A stretch of 64,000 nucleotides of DNA from Candidatus Sungiibacteriota bacterium (lineage in GTDB: Bacteria; Patescibacteriota; Minisyncoccia; Sungbacterales; HO2-52-23), in assembly GCA_016180435.1 (NCBI GenBank), contig JACPBG010000001.1, forward strand, positions 136,358-200,357, in the 5' to 3' direction. The notes under the pieces are model-generated. The model did no database searches, was not told where the DNA came from, and saw only the letters and a program-made list of their open reading frames with translations. Made by a program: the position numbers and the translations under genes. Positions 20,361 to 30,634 of this stretch are shown here, piece after piece (within the stretch, counting starts at the first letter, position 1; every line of letters begins with the position of its first letter).

Positions 20361-21353
20361 TTATATCCCGCAACCGCTTCCTCCGCGCGACGGCGCGTCA
20401 CTTTCCACTCCGCATCCCCCGCTCCCTCCGCGCTGCTCTTTCGGCTGAACAACTTGCGCCGCGATCCTCGCATATCCTTGAGAGCTGGAATAATTGATTC
20501 CAAGAACTTCCTGCGGATTCACGTCCTGCCACTCAATACCCTTATTATTTTTCATATAAGTTGCAATAGTGAGATATGTGTCCGGAAACCAATAGGCATT
20601 CACCTGCAACGCGACTTTATACATCATCTGCTCGCTCACGCCCTGGGATGCCATTAGTTCAAGAAGCCCGAGCATGGCCATGCCGTGATTGCAATCCGGG
20701 AAATGGGTTGAATTTCCGCAACACGGCCGGTATATGCCGCGCGACACCTTGTCCACTAAGGCCTGCTGTTCCGGCGTCAAAACTATGAAAGGATGCCGGC
20801 TGTAATGCTCCATGGCATTACCGCGGGATAATGTCCAGCCGCCGGTAGATGCAAAATTCTCCGCTCCGCCATAACGCGAGTCCGCCATCTCACCGCTTTC
20901 CAAAATATTATTCTTTGTCCCGAGTCCCAATGCCCAAAACATATTCAAAATCAAACCGGAGTTTTCGGAAGTAATTTTAAGATTGCTGTTTGATTCGCCA
21001 TAAAGTAACCTTTTTATTTCACTATTTAACCCGCCTCGACCCGCATAAAGCTGTTCAAATTTTTGAGCGTCAATCACCCCAACGCTTACCATTTTAGCGC
21101 CAAGATCGCCCCATCTGACCGGCAATACCACGCCGTCTACAGGCAAAACTTTTTCTTCAAGTTCCGATACCTCGGTTTTGGGAGTAATATCTTTTTTGGG
21201 GGGGGTATAAGCATTCCTGGGGCCGGAGGTATAAACCCACGCGCCGGCGATAATAAGCGCTGCAGCGACAATATATACACCGAGGTGCTCATTATTTACG
21301 CCCGCCTTTTCATCCGACATTTTGAGTTCCATATTTTGTTCTTCATTTTTCAT
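20361..21353 (-). CDS. Membrane-anchored Cys/His protein, putative metal binding
   Basis: N-terminal TM; RPCCGNSTHFPDCNHG motif; GGCG..GCG tail. Confidence 0.7.
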   Translation of the reverse strand: MKNEEQNMELKMSDEKAGVNNEHLGVYIVAAALIIAGAWVYTSGPRNAYTPPKKDITPKTEVSELEEKVLPVDGVVLPVRWGDLGAKMVSVGVIDAQKFEQLYAGRGGLNSEIKRLLYGESNSNLKITSENSGLILNMFWALGLGTKNNILESGEMADSRYGGAENFASTGGWTLSRGNAMEHYSRHPFIVLTPEQQALVDKVSRGIYRPCCGNSTHFPDCNHGMAMLGLLELMASQGVSEQMMYKVALQVNAYWFPDTYLTIATYMKNNKGIEWQDVNPQEVLGINYSSSQGYARIAAQVVQPKEQRGGSGGCGVESDAPSRGGSGCGI

Positions 21354-21430
21354 CCCGTTAGAAATTTGCCTGCCCCGTAGCGAACGCGTAGCGTTCTGCT
21401 ACTGGGGTTTGGACATATTATTTATGTTTC

Positions 21431-21470
21431 GAAGTCCGACTTAAATAGCACGCTATTGAAGTCGGACTTC
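21431..21470. repeat. Palindromic element
   Basis: gaagtccgactt..aagtcggacttc arms; lies next to a cccgttagaa half-TIR and a hairpin at 21355-21407. Confidence 0.75.
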
Positions 21471-21479
21471 ATTAAGCTA

Positions 21480-22250
21480 TTATTTCAGCCAGCCGGTTAT
21501 CGTCTGAACAAGCTGATTAAGATAAATGTTTATTTTTATTTGAAATTCTCCTCCGCCCATCGCCAGCTGGTTTGTTATTGCGAGGTATAAGATAAAAATG
21601 CCCATCAAAAAGAAGGTTATGCCGGATATCACATCGGCTATCGCAAGATTAATTTGCCTCGCGCCGATTGAATAAGACAGGCGTTTATTTGATTCCATAA
21701 GTTTTTTAGTGAAGTTGTTTTTATCCAGGAGATGGGCAATCAGGAAAAGAGGGGCAACCATTCCTAAAACATAGGCAAGAGCATAAACCCCTCCCCAAAA
21801 AATGGAATTAGGCAAAACAGATAAAGCCACAACACCGGCCAAAACCGGAGCACAGCACATGGTCGCAAATCCCGAAAAAATACCGAGTGTAAAAACCGAG
21901 CCCGCACTATTGATTTTTAATTTCGGACTAACGGAAAACGGCATTGAAAAATGCTGCCCCAGCAGTATCAATGCCCCTAGAAATAAAAGGAATATTCCTC
22001 CGGCAATAAATATCGGATCGTGATATTCACTGAATAACTTCCCGAGGCCAGCCGCCCCCATACCCAGCGGCAGGAACACCGCGAGAAGTCCCAGGAAAAA
22101 TACAAAAGTCATCCAAAACACTTTTTGTTTTTCCCTGAAAATAGAACCCAAATATGAAGGCAGTAAAACAGTGATACAACAAGGCGCAAAGAGCGCCGCT
22201 ATTCCGGCGATAAACGCGGTTATAAGCGATGCGATAATTAATGTTTCCAT
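21480..22250 (-). CDS. CcdA family protein
   Basis: FAPCCITVLLPSY and MCCAPVLAG motifs; multi-TM. Confidence 0.88.
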   Translation of the reverse strand: METLIIASLITAFIAGIAALFAPCCITVLLPSYLGSIFREKQKVFWMTFVFFLGLLAVFLPLGMGAAGLGKLFSEYHDPIFIAGGIFLLFLGALILLGQHFSMPFSVSPKLKINSAGSVFTLGIFSGFATMCCAPVLAGVVALSVLPNSIFWGGVYALAYVLGMVAPLFLIAHLLDKNNFTKKLMESNKRLSYSIGARQINLAIADVISGITFFLMGIFILYLAITNQLAMGGGEFQIKINIYLNQLVQTITGWLK

Positions 22251-22267
22251 GATTATTGAATCCTCTC

Positions 22268-22366
22268 TAGACCTACTGCACAAAGATTTTCGTCACGAAA
22301 TTTAAGAATTTCGAGGCAAAATCGCTGAACAAACTTTGCGGCCTATCGCTTAGATAAGCCAAAAAG
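22268..22366 (+). mobile_element. MITE family C, left fragment overlapping the redoxin 3' end
   Basis: Matches 53158-53257 (tagacctactgcacaaagattttcg..gccaaaaag). Confidence 0.88.
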
Positions 22367-22918
22367 CGGGTCATCCAGCGTAAATCTGATTATCCCGTTT
22401 TTATCAATAATAAAATAGGTGTGGCCGGGAAAACCGCCCGGATGCATTGATGAATTTAAGTATAACACATCATACGCCCGAGACACGGAGCGCGCGGCGT
22501 CAAAAAGAATTTTGGATTTTGCCAGATTCGGCGATTTACTTACGATTTCCTGCCATTGACCCTTAGAATCGACAACAATGGAGAAAGCCGCTACATTTTC
22601 GGTATCAAATCTGGGATCATTACCAAACCCCGCTATCTGATCCCAACAAGCCGGATAACACATCGCCCCCTCATTAAAGAAAAGCACTACGTTTTTACCG
22701 AGATAATCGTTTAATTTAACTGTTTTCCCGTCAATACTTTCCAGCGCAAAGTCCGGAGCTTTTTTGCCCACCGCATCTTTAAAAACCAATTTTTCTTTAG
22801 AATTTACATCATTCGTGATGGCTAAATTTATATCGGGACGGTTTCCTCCCGCGGTGAAGATAAGAAATCCGCCGATAATAATTGCCGCTGCGCTTATAAT
22901 TATTGTTTTTTTACCCAT
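22343..22918 (-). CDS. Membrane-anchored AhpC/TSA redoxin-family protein
   Basis: GKKAPDFAL..G.TV.L.DYLGK.VVLFF, CYPAC, FIIDKNGIIR. Confidence 0.85.
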   Translation of the reverse strand: MGKKTIIISAAAIIIGGFLIFTAGGNRPDINLAITNDVNSKEKLVFKDAVGKKAPDFALESIDGKTVKLNDYLGKNVVLFFNEGAMCYPACWDQIAGFGNDPRFDTENVAAFSIVVDSKGQWQEIVSKSPNLAKSKILFDAARSVSRAYDVLYLNSSMHPGGFPGHTYFIIDKNGIIRFTLDDPLFGLSKR

Positions 22919-22924
22919 AGTATT

Positions 22925-23032
22925 TAGAACTTACGCGTTTAAATGAAAAGACCCGCTTTTGTCATTCCCGTGAAAACGGGAATCCAGTATTTTAGGCATA
23001 TATCGGGAATGACATTAAACGTGTAAATCCTA
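22925..23032. mobile_element. MITE family F, internally deleted copy
   Basis: TA-bounded TIR tagaacttacgcgttt/aaacgtgtaaatccta; contains ATTCCC-N8-GGGAAT; inverse of 27691-27823. Confidence 0.85.
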
Positions 23033-23117
23033 ATATTGAAGAAATTACAAGAATAAAAAATCTCCGCTCAAGGAGATTGAAAAGGCGCGCGACATAAAAC
23101 CAATTCGACAAACGGTT

Positions 23118-23546
23118 TTACCCCGGCGCCTTAAAAAAAGATGGGCTATTTTCATGGAGCGCAAGCCAGCGAATGAATTTCCGATGGCGCGAAGAAACGG
23201 GCCATTCCGATAAATGGCGGTTTGAATAGATACCAATCAAAGCGGGGCTATGCCAAAAATTCCCGGCACCGAAAATCCAGAAAGTTAAAACCGACATCAG
23301 GAAAGCCGCCAATATGCCTAAAAGATTCTTTGCAAAAGTGGCGGTTAAAATGCTTTTCAACGCATCAAAATGGAAATTCAGAAAAACCAGTGAAACGGTG
23401 TCTTCCGGGCAATCAATGCCTTTGGCGGCGGAGGCAATACACCCCTTATGGCTGTTGTCGGAACCGTGATCCATGGCAAACACGCCGGCATTAGCAATGC
23501 CCATGATACTTAAGATTACTATAGCCGCAAGAATAATTTTTATCAT
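23118..23546 (-). CDS. Hypothetical membrane protein with His/Cys motif
   Basis: Signal/TM, MDHG..HKGCI..C, TM, WLALHENSP tail. Confidence 0.65.
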   Translation of the reverse strand: MIKIILAAIVILSIMGIANAGVFAMDHGSDNSHKGCIASAAKGIDCPEDTVSLVFLNFHFDALKSILTATFAKNLLGILAAFLMSVLTFWIFGAGNFWHSPALIGIYSNRHLSEWPVSSRHRKFIRWLALHENSPSFFKAPG

Positions 23547-26500
23547 CTAATTATGGATAACAGCTTATTTAAATCCTCCGTCAGAATTCTTAATGCCTCG
23601 GCCAAACTTGCCGTCTGCGAAGAATTCGGGGCAAGCAAAATAGACCCTCCTCCGCCTCCTCCACCGCCTCCGCCGCTGCTTGCTACCACGATACTAAACC
23701 CAACGCTGTTGGTGTTTACGCCTCCGACGCATTCTTTTGACGCGTCGCAGAATAATATTAAGTAATCGCCGGCGCCTCCTTCGTTAAAAATTCCCCATCT
23801 GTTCAAGAAAATATATGTATTGGTATTTAACGCGATGGACGCGCTGGCCTGAATCAGCGTCCTTACATTATCTTTATTTCTTACCGCGTAAATATCAACC
23901 GGATAATAAGCTGTTTTGCCGTCAGCCCGGCTGGAAGTTAAAACAAGAGTGTCAGTCGGCGCGTAAGTAGATTTATCCAACTTCATAAAGAAGCCCGGAT
24001 AAGATGACTGTAAGCTCACAATGCTAAACGGCGCGTTGCTCATATCGCTATTGCCAGTTTCAGTTTCAAGGATTAAAATCTTGTAATCGCCAGGACTCAA
24101 TACCCTTTGTAAATTGCCTTGATCACTTGCGACGATTACCTGTCCAACTGGCCAACTAAAAACTTGTTTGTCTGCAGCAATACCTTTAACAGTTGCAATA
24201 TTGCCTTGCCCAAAACCGTTTTTATCCACAACACTTATCGCGTATGTTTTCCCGAAGCTTCCAATCCAAGTAATTGGTTGCGCCGCACCTATCTGAAATT
24301 GCTCTCCCCCATTCGGAGAAAGAACGGTGATGGAGGGTTGGGTCGCGGCCGTGACAATCTTAAAGTATGAATCGCTTCCGTCAAAAAGAGTTAGGCTATT
24401 ATATGAACTCTTTATTTCCAACGTATATGCTCCGTCAGGAATAGAGGATGGAATGGGAATCTCCTCATAACCGTCGTTAATCGTATTATTGATGAGATAA
24501 TATTCAACTCCGTTGTCGTATCCTCTTAAGCGAATTAAATCTAATACTGCCGAGGATGAAACTCCTGAAGTAGTCCACTTTGCGAAAATGATGCCATCTT
24601 TGCCATTTCCTTTATAATACGTCTCCCCTCCATTCGGCGAAAGAACGGTAATGGAGGGTTGGGAGGTTGGCTGATTAACCGTAATCTGGAATTGTTTTGA
24701 AGCTGATTTCCCGCCGGAGGTTACGGTAACTGTAAATGTATAAGTGCCCACGGCTGTCGGCGTTCCAAAAATAACTCCGTTGGTAGAGCAGCTTCCCGCG
24801 CTATTGCAGGAAACAGGAGAAGTTGAAATCGTTAAACCCGGCGGCAAACCGATTGCGGTCCATTTAGCATCTGATCCGATCCCTGAAGCAGTAATGTTAG
24901 GTTGAGGATAAGCAACTCCCACAGTGCCGGTTGGCAAATCGGCGGCATTAATAATAATTATAGGAACTGGCGTTGGAGCCATAATACTAAACGGAGAATT
25001 TGATGAACTTACTGACGGCGCTGTTTGTCTGACGATTTGAATGTAGTAGGACGTTTCCCCAGGGGCGAGCGGCCCAAGTTTTCCGTCATATAACGTACCG
25101 ACGTTCCAAACAAATGATGTACCATAAACCTGGTTTGCAATAATTCCGTACGCGCCTCCATCTTTACGCACTGCAAAAACTGTATAGTATACATTGCTCG
25201 CATACGCAGAATCCGTCCATTGAATGGTCTGATTTGTTCCTGATTGCCACGCGTGTCCATTCGGCACAGTAACGGTGATGGAGGGTTGAGTATAAAATTT
25301 CTCCAGATAATTTTCCGTCACCCAGCCGTCCGCTCCGGAATCAAAATCTATATACCACCACCAATAACCATTTACATAAATAGGATAGGTAGCGAGGTTA
25401 AGAGGTGAAGGAGAAATAGTGCCAAGAGCGCCAACGGCTTGGGTGCCGCGGATTGGACTGGCAAAATTTGACAAAGACGGAGTGCCCCGCACATTAACTA
25501 TAGCGGTGGTTTTTACCCTATCGCCGATTTGAAATCTTGCAGAAGGATCTATAGTAACCGTCATGCTTGTTTTGGCGATAAGGCCCTGGTTGTCGGTCAC
25601 ATAGAAAACCGGGGTATATACACGGGAGTTAGCGTAAGAATGAGTAAATGTCGCGGTTTGTTGAACCGGAGCCAATGAAAGCGGGACCGGAGAAGGAGAA
25701 GGCATTGGTTGAACCGCTTCATCTCCCCAAACAACCGAATACGAAAGCGGCCCATTTTCCGGATCATACGCACTAACACTCCATGTGCCGGTTTCTCCGA
25801 CTTTCAGCGCAGTCGGACCTTTGACTCCGGAAATAACCGGTGCTTGATTATTAATCGGAGGCGGTGTTGGAAATGGAGTGGGGAACGGCGGAGGAACTTC
25901 AAACTGCGAAAGATTAATTGTCGCAAAAGTCACTCTGCCCGCTCCTATAGAAACATCGGTTTTATTTTTATCATATCCTTTCGCGCTTGCAACAATCGTA
26001 TATTCTCCCGCGCGTAAATTCTCAAAAAACGCAACTCCGCGTTCCGTGGTCTGCGTTCCGATCAGCGTGCCGGACGCGTCATACAAATCAACCGTTGCGT
26101 GATAAATTGTCCCGCAAGGCGGAAGAATTATTGAGGGTCCTCCGTCTGAATGTCCTCCGCCCGAGCCGCCACTCTGAATTTGTTGTAAGGAAGATGACGA
26201 TAACACGCACATTATATTCATACCATTCACACTGACCTGTAAGGATCCGTAATTTTGCGCGGGCCTAGAAAGATCGCGTATAATCAACGCTTTAATGTTC
26301 TGACTACTGTTAGTGTAGGAGCCGTAAATATTCAAAATATCCCCAACCGCTATCTCGGAAAGCGCCATGGAAGTCCTGTCTCTTTGCAAAATGGCTGTTT
26401 GTGAAGTTACTTCAATTAAATATTTCCTGATAGCCGGATAATAATCGGGACTAGCTCCCATGGCTCCCGCGCCTGGTTGTGGCTGCTCTTGAATTTCCAG

Positions 26501-27265
26501 TCCCATGGGACAGGGCAGAGTAACGCCGCTATTTGGATTATCACTAAAATCACGGCAAGGAGAAAAGTATTTATTCACAACCGTAAAACTTGCGGGCGGA
26601 ACTCCGGAAGAGGGCGCAGACAACACTTCCATATTATTTAATTGGATAAAACTCAATCTGACGGGCTTGGTAAGATTCCTCACAACCAGAGCGTCTATGG
26701 AAGAAACTCCGGAATTCGTAAATCCATATACGTTTATGCGGTTTCCGACTTCAAAATCAGACAAAGAAGCCCTTTGCCGGTTTCGCAGCAATAATCTTGT
26801 ATCTGAATCTAATTGGATCGTGTAAAGAACGGATGGCGAAAGCGGGCAGGGGTATTCAACTCCACTCGCGCTTTCGGATTGAAATTTTTGACACCTAACT
26901 CCGACTTCGTAAGATGCTTTGATTTCAGCCGGGAAAGACGGACCGGAAACGCTGCGGACAATAAGATTATTGAACTGCACAATATCATCAAAATCGTCGT
27001 CAAAATCAGGGGGTGGAAAAGGCGGCATGTTTGGCATGGGTACGGATAATAATGTGGGGCTACCCGCCGAACCGCTTCCGCCAGCGACGCCCCCGGCGCC
27101 GGACTGCGCTTGGCTTTGCGACGCTTGTAATTGCTGAACTTTCTCCATAAGAACTTTAAGTTGAGCCTGCAGAGCCGCAATGGTTTCTACATTGATCTGG
27201 GCATAAGTCCAAAAAGGCGCGATCAAAACTGCGCCAAACCATAAACTTATTATATATTTTTTCAC
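23543..27265 (-). CDS. Large secreted multi-domain surface protein (PKD/Ig-like, SH3-like, repeated PSITVLSPNGGE modules)
   Basis: Signal peptide and coiled coil; YDPENGPLSYSVVWGD; VNVR..WW..F..GWV; GLPPGL..GTPT; 1240 aa. Confidence 0.85.
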   Translation of the reverse strand: MKKYIISLWFGAVLIAPFWTYAQINVETIAALQAQLKVLMEKVQQLQASQSQAQSGAGGVAGGSGSAGSPTLLSVPMPNMPPFPPPDFDDDFDDIVQFNNLIVRSVSGPSFPAEIKASYEVGVRCQKFQSESASGVEYPCPLSPSVLYTIQLDSDTRLLLRNRQRASLSDFEVGNRINVYGFTNSGVSSIDALVVRNLTKPVRLSFIQLNNMEVLSAPSSGVPPASFTVVNKYFSPCRDFSDNPNSGVTLPCPMGLEIQEQPQPGAGAMGASPDYYPAIRKYLIEVTSQTAILQRDRTSMALSEIAVGDILNIYGSYTNSSQNIKALIIRDLSRPAQNYGSLQVSVNGMNIMCVLSSSSLQQIQSGGSGGGHSDGGPSIILPPCGTIYHATVDLYDASGTLIGTQTTERGVAFFENLRAGEYTIVASAKGYDKNKTDVSIGAGRVTFATINLSQFEVPPPFPTPFPTPPPINNQAPVISGVKGPTALKVGETGTWSVSAYDPENGPLSYSVVWGDEAVQPMPSPSPVPLSLAPVQQTATFTHSYANSRVYTPVFYVTDNQGLIAKTSMTVTIDPSARFQIGDRVKTTAIVNVRGTPSLSNFASPIRGTQAVGALGTISPSPLNLATYPIYVNGYWWWYIDFDSGADGWVTENYLEKFYTQPSITVTVPNGHAWQSGTNQTIQWTDSAYASNVYYTVFAVRKDGGAYGIIANQVYGTSFVWNVGTLYDGKLGPLAPGETSYYIQIVRQTAPSVSSSNSPFSIMAPTPVPIIIINAADLPTGTVGVAYPQPNITASGIGSDAKWTAIGLPPGLTISTSPVSCNSAGSCSTNGVIFGTPTAVGTYTFTVTVTSGGKSASKQFQITVNQPTSQPSITVLSPNGGETYYKGNGKDGIIFAKWTTSGVSSSAVLDLIRLRGYDNGVEYYLINNTINDGYEEIPIPSSIPDGAYTLEIKSSYNSLTLFDGSDSYFKIVTAATQPSITVLSPNGGEQFQIGAAQPITWIGSFGKTYAISVVDKNGFGQGNIATVKGIAADKQVFSWPVGQVIVASDQGNLQRVLSPGDYKILILETETGNSDMSNAPFSIVSLQSSYPGFFMKLDKSTYAPTDTLVLTSSRADGKTAYYPVDIYAVRNKDNVRTLIQASASIALNTNTYIFLNRWGIFNEGGAGDYLILFCDASKECVGGVNTNSVGFSIVVASSGGGGGGGGGGSILLAPNSSQTASLAEALRILTEDLNKLLSIIR

Positions 27266-27440
27266 TGTGAATATGCGGAACTGACGCCCCCCCCCGCTAA
27301 AGCGAAAAGAACAGGTCGCCGGTTCCCATTAAAATATTGATAATGGTGACCAATTTACTGTCTTGACAAGTAGGACCACTTCAGTCTAATCATAAAGCCA
27401 AGAAAATAAACAGTCAATTAACTCGCTTTTCCGTCCGACA

Positions 27441-27644
27441 CTATATACAGCTGCAATGATCTTCGGATTGTCCACATGCCTTGCATTTTACCCTAAATTT
27501 ACCGCCGCCCATACATTCTTTCCAATGAAACGGATCATAATGACCCGAGGATTTACCGCATTTCGGGCATTTCATTCCCTCGCCTTCTCCGCCGCAATGA
27601 CTACAGTGCTTGCTGGAAATATGATGTTTAATATGTTCTGTCAT
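27441..27644 (-). CDS. Small Cys/His-rich putative metal-binding protein
   Basis: CSHC, CPKC, CKAC and HCSC in 67 aa. Confidence 0.65.
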   Translation of the reverse strand: MTEHIKHHISSKHCSHCGGEGEGMKCPKCGKSSGHYDPFHWKECMGGGKFRVKCKACGQSEDHCSCI

Positions 27645-27690
27645 ATTTTTAACTATACCATAGCTTGATATAAATAAAAGCTTACTATTT

Positions 27691-27823
27691 TAGGACTTAC
27701 GCGTTTGATGTCATTCCCGACTTGATCGGGAATCCAGGAAACCCATATTTGCCTAAAATACTGGATTCCCGTTTTCACGGAAATGACAAAAATGGGTCTT
27801 CCCATTCAAACGCGTAAGTCCTA
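27691..27823. mobile_element. MITE family F, full copy
   Basis: Perfect TIR taggacttacgcgtttga/tcaaacgcgtaagtccta; internal gtcattcccg..cgggaatcc hairpins. Confidence 0.88.
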
Positions 27824-27908
27824 TATTTAAAAGAATTACAACACTTGATTAAATGTGCCTAATATAGTAAGCTTATGCATATAATTTCCGGAACCGAAGG
27901 AAAGAAAA

Positions 27909-28358
27909 ATGAAGAAAGTTCTTTTTTTTATAAGCGCATGTCTAGTTTCAATTTTTATGGCGTCCATGGCGGCCGAAGGGCAGATTTACAAAAGAACGGT
28001 AAACGGAATTGAGGAGTATGAATGTTTACTTCTCAACGAAACGAAAAACTACATCGTCATAGTGATTGATGGAAAACGGGTGGGTACTCTTAATCCGGTT
28101 GAAAACCACCCGAATACCTACGATCGGTCGGCTCAAAAAATATGGCTTTCCCTCGGACCGCATGTAATGACTGCGTTCGGTTATCCCTCTCAAGCAAACA
28201 TTACCAGAGAGAAGCCCTCGGTTCAGACCAAAGAACATATTTTCGACATCAGCAGCCGCATAGACCGAAATCCGAATCCCAACGGATCATACAATCTGCC
28301 AGCATTCATTCTGGAAGATATCCTTTTCAAACCATATCAATCAACCCGCCACCACTGA
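27909..28358 (+). CDS. Hypothetical secreted protein
   Basis: Signal peptide MKKVLFF..AEG; followed by a terminator-like hairpin at about 28385-28413. Confidence 0.7.
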   Translation: MKKVLFFISACLVSIFMASMAAEGQIYKRTVNGIEEYECLLLNETKNYIVIVIDGKRVGTLNPVENHPNTYDRSAQKIWLSLGPHVMTAFGYPSQANITREKPSVQTKEHIFDISSRIDRNPNPNGSYNLPAFILEDILFKPYQSTRHH

Positions 28359-28413
28359 TTCTAATGCGCCGCCCATAACAAAAATGACTTCCGCTTCCGG
28401 AAGTCAATTTTTT

Positions 28414-28512
28414 ATCCCCACACCTTCCCGGAATACCCAGCAGCTTGCTACGGGATGAATGGGCGTTTTAAAAATCCTACGGGGTTTAATACCCGTAGGA
28501 AGGTGTGGGGAT
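28414..28512. repeat. Inverted-repeat element abutting the typA stop codon (ccccacac ends, related to family G)
   Basis: atccccacaccttcc/ggaaggtgtggggat. Confidence 0.8.
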
Positions 28513-30333
28513 TTATTTTAACCCGTTGGCGCGGCGCGCCCGGCTGCGCTCAACTTCGGTAAGATATTGCTTGCGCAAACGCACGCTTTTGGGGGTAATT
28601 TCCAAATACTCATCCGCGGCCATAACTTCAAGTCCGCGCTCAATGGTAAGTTCAAACGGAGGCGTTAAATCAATCGCATCATCCGCAGCCGCATCCCGGA
28701 CATTGCTCAATTGTTTCCCTTTGGTCGGATTAACCGTCATCTCCTCGCCTTTGGAAGTATTGCCGATCACCATTCCATTATATACTTCCGTTCCCGGACC
28801 GATATAAAGCGTTCCCCGATCCTGCAAACCCCAAAGGGAAAACCCAAGCGCTTTTCCGTCCGCCATTGAGATCATGGAACCGACCGCGCGTTTGCGTATT
28901 TCCCCGGCGTATGGCCAAAATCCCAAAACGCGCGAAGACATAATCCCTTCGCCTTTAGTATCAATGACAAAAAGATTGCGATATCCGAGAAATCCGCGGG
29001 TAGGCCCCTCAAAAATTAAACGCACGGATTCAGCATGATGCCGAATATCTTTCATGATAAATCCGCGCGTGCCGAGCCGTTCAATCACCACCCCCTGAAA
29101 TTCCGAAGGCGTATCCACCACCACTTCTTCAAACGGTTCAAGCTTTTCCCCGCCTTCTTCGCGGATAATAACCTGCGGCTGAGAAACCTGAAGTTCGTAT
29201 CCGGCCCGCCGCATATTTTCAAGCAAAATCGCAATATGCAGCTCTCCCCGGCCGAATACGCGTGAACTATCCGTGGAAGAAAAATCAATACGAAGTCCCA
29301 CATTTACTTCAAGCTCGCGCTTGAGATATTCGCGAATCTGGCGGGATGTCACGTATTTTCCCTCGCGCCCGGAAAGTGGAGAATTATTTACAAAAAAATT
29401 CAGTGCAATGGTCGGCTCATCCACCGCAATGGCGGGCAGCGGCTCTGATTCCGGATCGGTGGTTATGGTCTCTCCGATATCAATATCCGGCAAACCGGCT
29501 GCAAGCACGATATCTCCCGTACTTGCTTCTTTGGTTTCTATACGTTCCAGACCCTGAAAAGTGAAAAGTTTTGTGATTTTTCCGGAGCGTATTTTGCCGT
29601 CCGGGTTTTTTACAAATACATTCGCGCCCGGTACCGCAACACCCTCATATACGCGGGCCACGGCCAGCCGTCCCATAAAATTGTCATATCCCAGATTAAA
29701 CGGCTGCATGCGCAAAGGTTTTTTAACACGCATATCGGAAAAAGCATTCGGCACATGCTCTAGAATCATATCTAAAAGCGGGGTTAGATCCGCCGACGTA
29801 TCGCCAAGTTTCCGTTTCGCGATCCCCTCGCGGCCGATAGAATACACCACCGGAAAATTCGCTTGCTCCTCATTCGCGCCAAGTTCCAGAAATAATTCAA
29901 GCACCTGCTCTTCCGCACGCGCCGGATCGGCCGACGGTTTGTCTATTTTATTGATAACGACTATGGGGCGCAATCCGAGTTCCAAAGATTTTTTCAGCAC
30001 AAACCGCGTTTGCGGCATGGGTCCCTCCTGCGCATCCACCACCAAAAGTACCGAATCAATTGCGCGCAGAACCCGCTCGACTTCGGATCCGAAATCAGCG
30101 TGTCCGGGCGTATCCACAATATTAATCTTTGTTACGGGACGTCCCGAGCTTGGCGAAGGATAAAAAATCGAGGCGTTTTTGGCATAAATCGTAATGCCGC
30201 GCTCTTGCTCAAGCGTATTTGAATCCATGGTAACGCCTTCTTGGGCGGCTCCGGTTTGGCGCATGATAGCATCCGTCAGCGTGGTTTTGCCGTGATCCAC
30301 ATGCGCGATTATCGCGATATTTCGAATCTCCAT
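28513..30333 (-). CDS. typA: Translational GTPase TypA/BipA
   Basis: [44 protein letters not shown]. Confidence 0.98.
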   Translation of the reverse strand: MEIRNIAIIAHVDHGKTTLTDAIMRQTGAAQEGVTMDSNTLEQERGITIYAKNASIFYPSPSSGRPVTKINIVDTPGHADFGSEVERVLRAIDSVLLVVDAQEGPMPQTRFVLKKSLELGLRPIVVINKIDKPSADPARAEEQVLELFLELGANEEQANFPVVYSIGREGIAKRKLGDTSADLTPLLDMILEHVPNAFSDMRVKKPLRMQPFNLGYDNFMGRLAVARVYEGVAVPGANVFVKNPDGKIRSGKITKLFTFQGLERIETKEASTGDIVLAAGLPDIDIGETITTDPESEPLPAIAVDEPTIALNFFVNNSPLSGREGKYVTSRQIREYLKRELEVNVGLRIDFSSTDSSRVFGRGELHIAILLENMRRAGYELQVSQPQVIIREEGGEKLEPFEEVVVDTPSEFQGVVIERLGTRGFIMKDIRHHAESVRLIFEGPTRGFLGYRNLFVIDTKGEGIMSSRVLGFWPYAGEIRKRAVGSMISMADGKALGFSLWGLQDRGTLYIGPGTEVYNGMVIGNTSKGEEMTVNPTKGKQLSNVRDAAADDAIDLTPPFELTIERGLEVMAADEYLEITPKSVRLRKQYLTEVERSRARRANGLK

Positions 30334-30350
30334 GATTATTCTTCCTAAAT

Positions 30351-30518
30351 TTTAACTTGATAATTCCGACCAGCTTGCTGGTCGGTTACCATTGATAGGT
30401 TCTCGACCCGCTTCGCTCTCGCTCCAGCGAGGCGAGCAGGCTCGAACAATATTTTTCGAGCGAAGTCGAGAAGATACCCTTGATGATACCGACCTGCTTG
30501 CAGGTCGGAGGTTCATTT
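30351..30518. mobile_element. Repeat family D with a nested ~30-bp hairpin
   Basis: ccgaccagcttgctggtcgg and ccgacctgcttgcaggtcgg hairpins; inverse copy at 43907-44040 lacks the insert at about 30406-30437. Confidence 0.85.
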
Positions 30519-30520
30519 AT

Positions 30521-30634
30521 TAGACCTACTACGCAAAGATTAATCTACTGCAATTTAATAATTTCGGCCAAAATCGCTTCAAAACTTTTTGGCTTATCTA
30601 AGCGATAGGCCGCAAAGTTTGTTCAGCGATTTTG
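30521..30634 (-). mobile_element. MITE family C, right fragment supplying the obgE 3' end
   Basis: Reverse complement of about 53207-53321. Confidence 0.88.
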
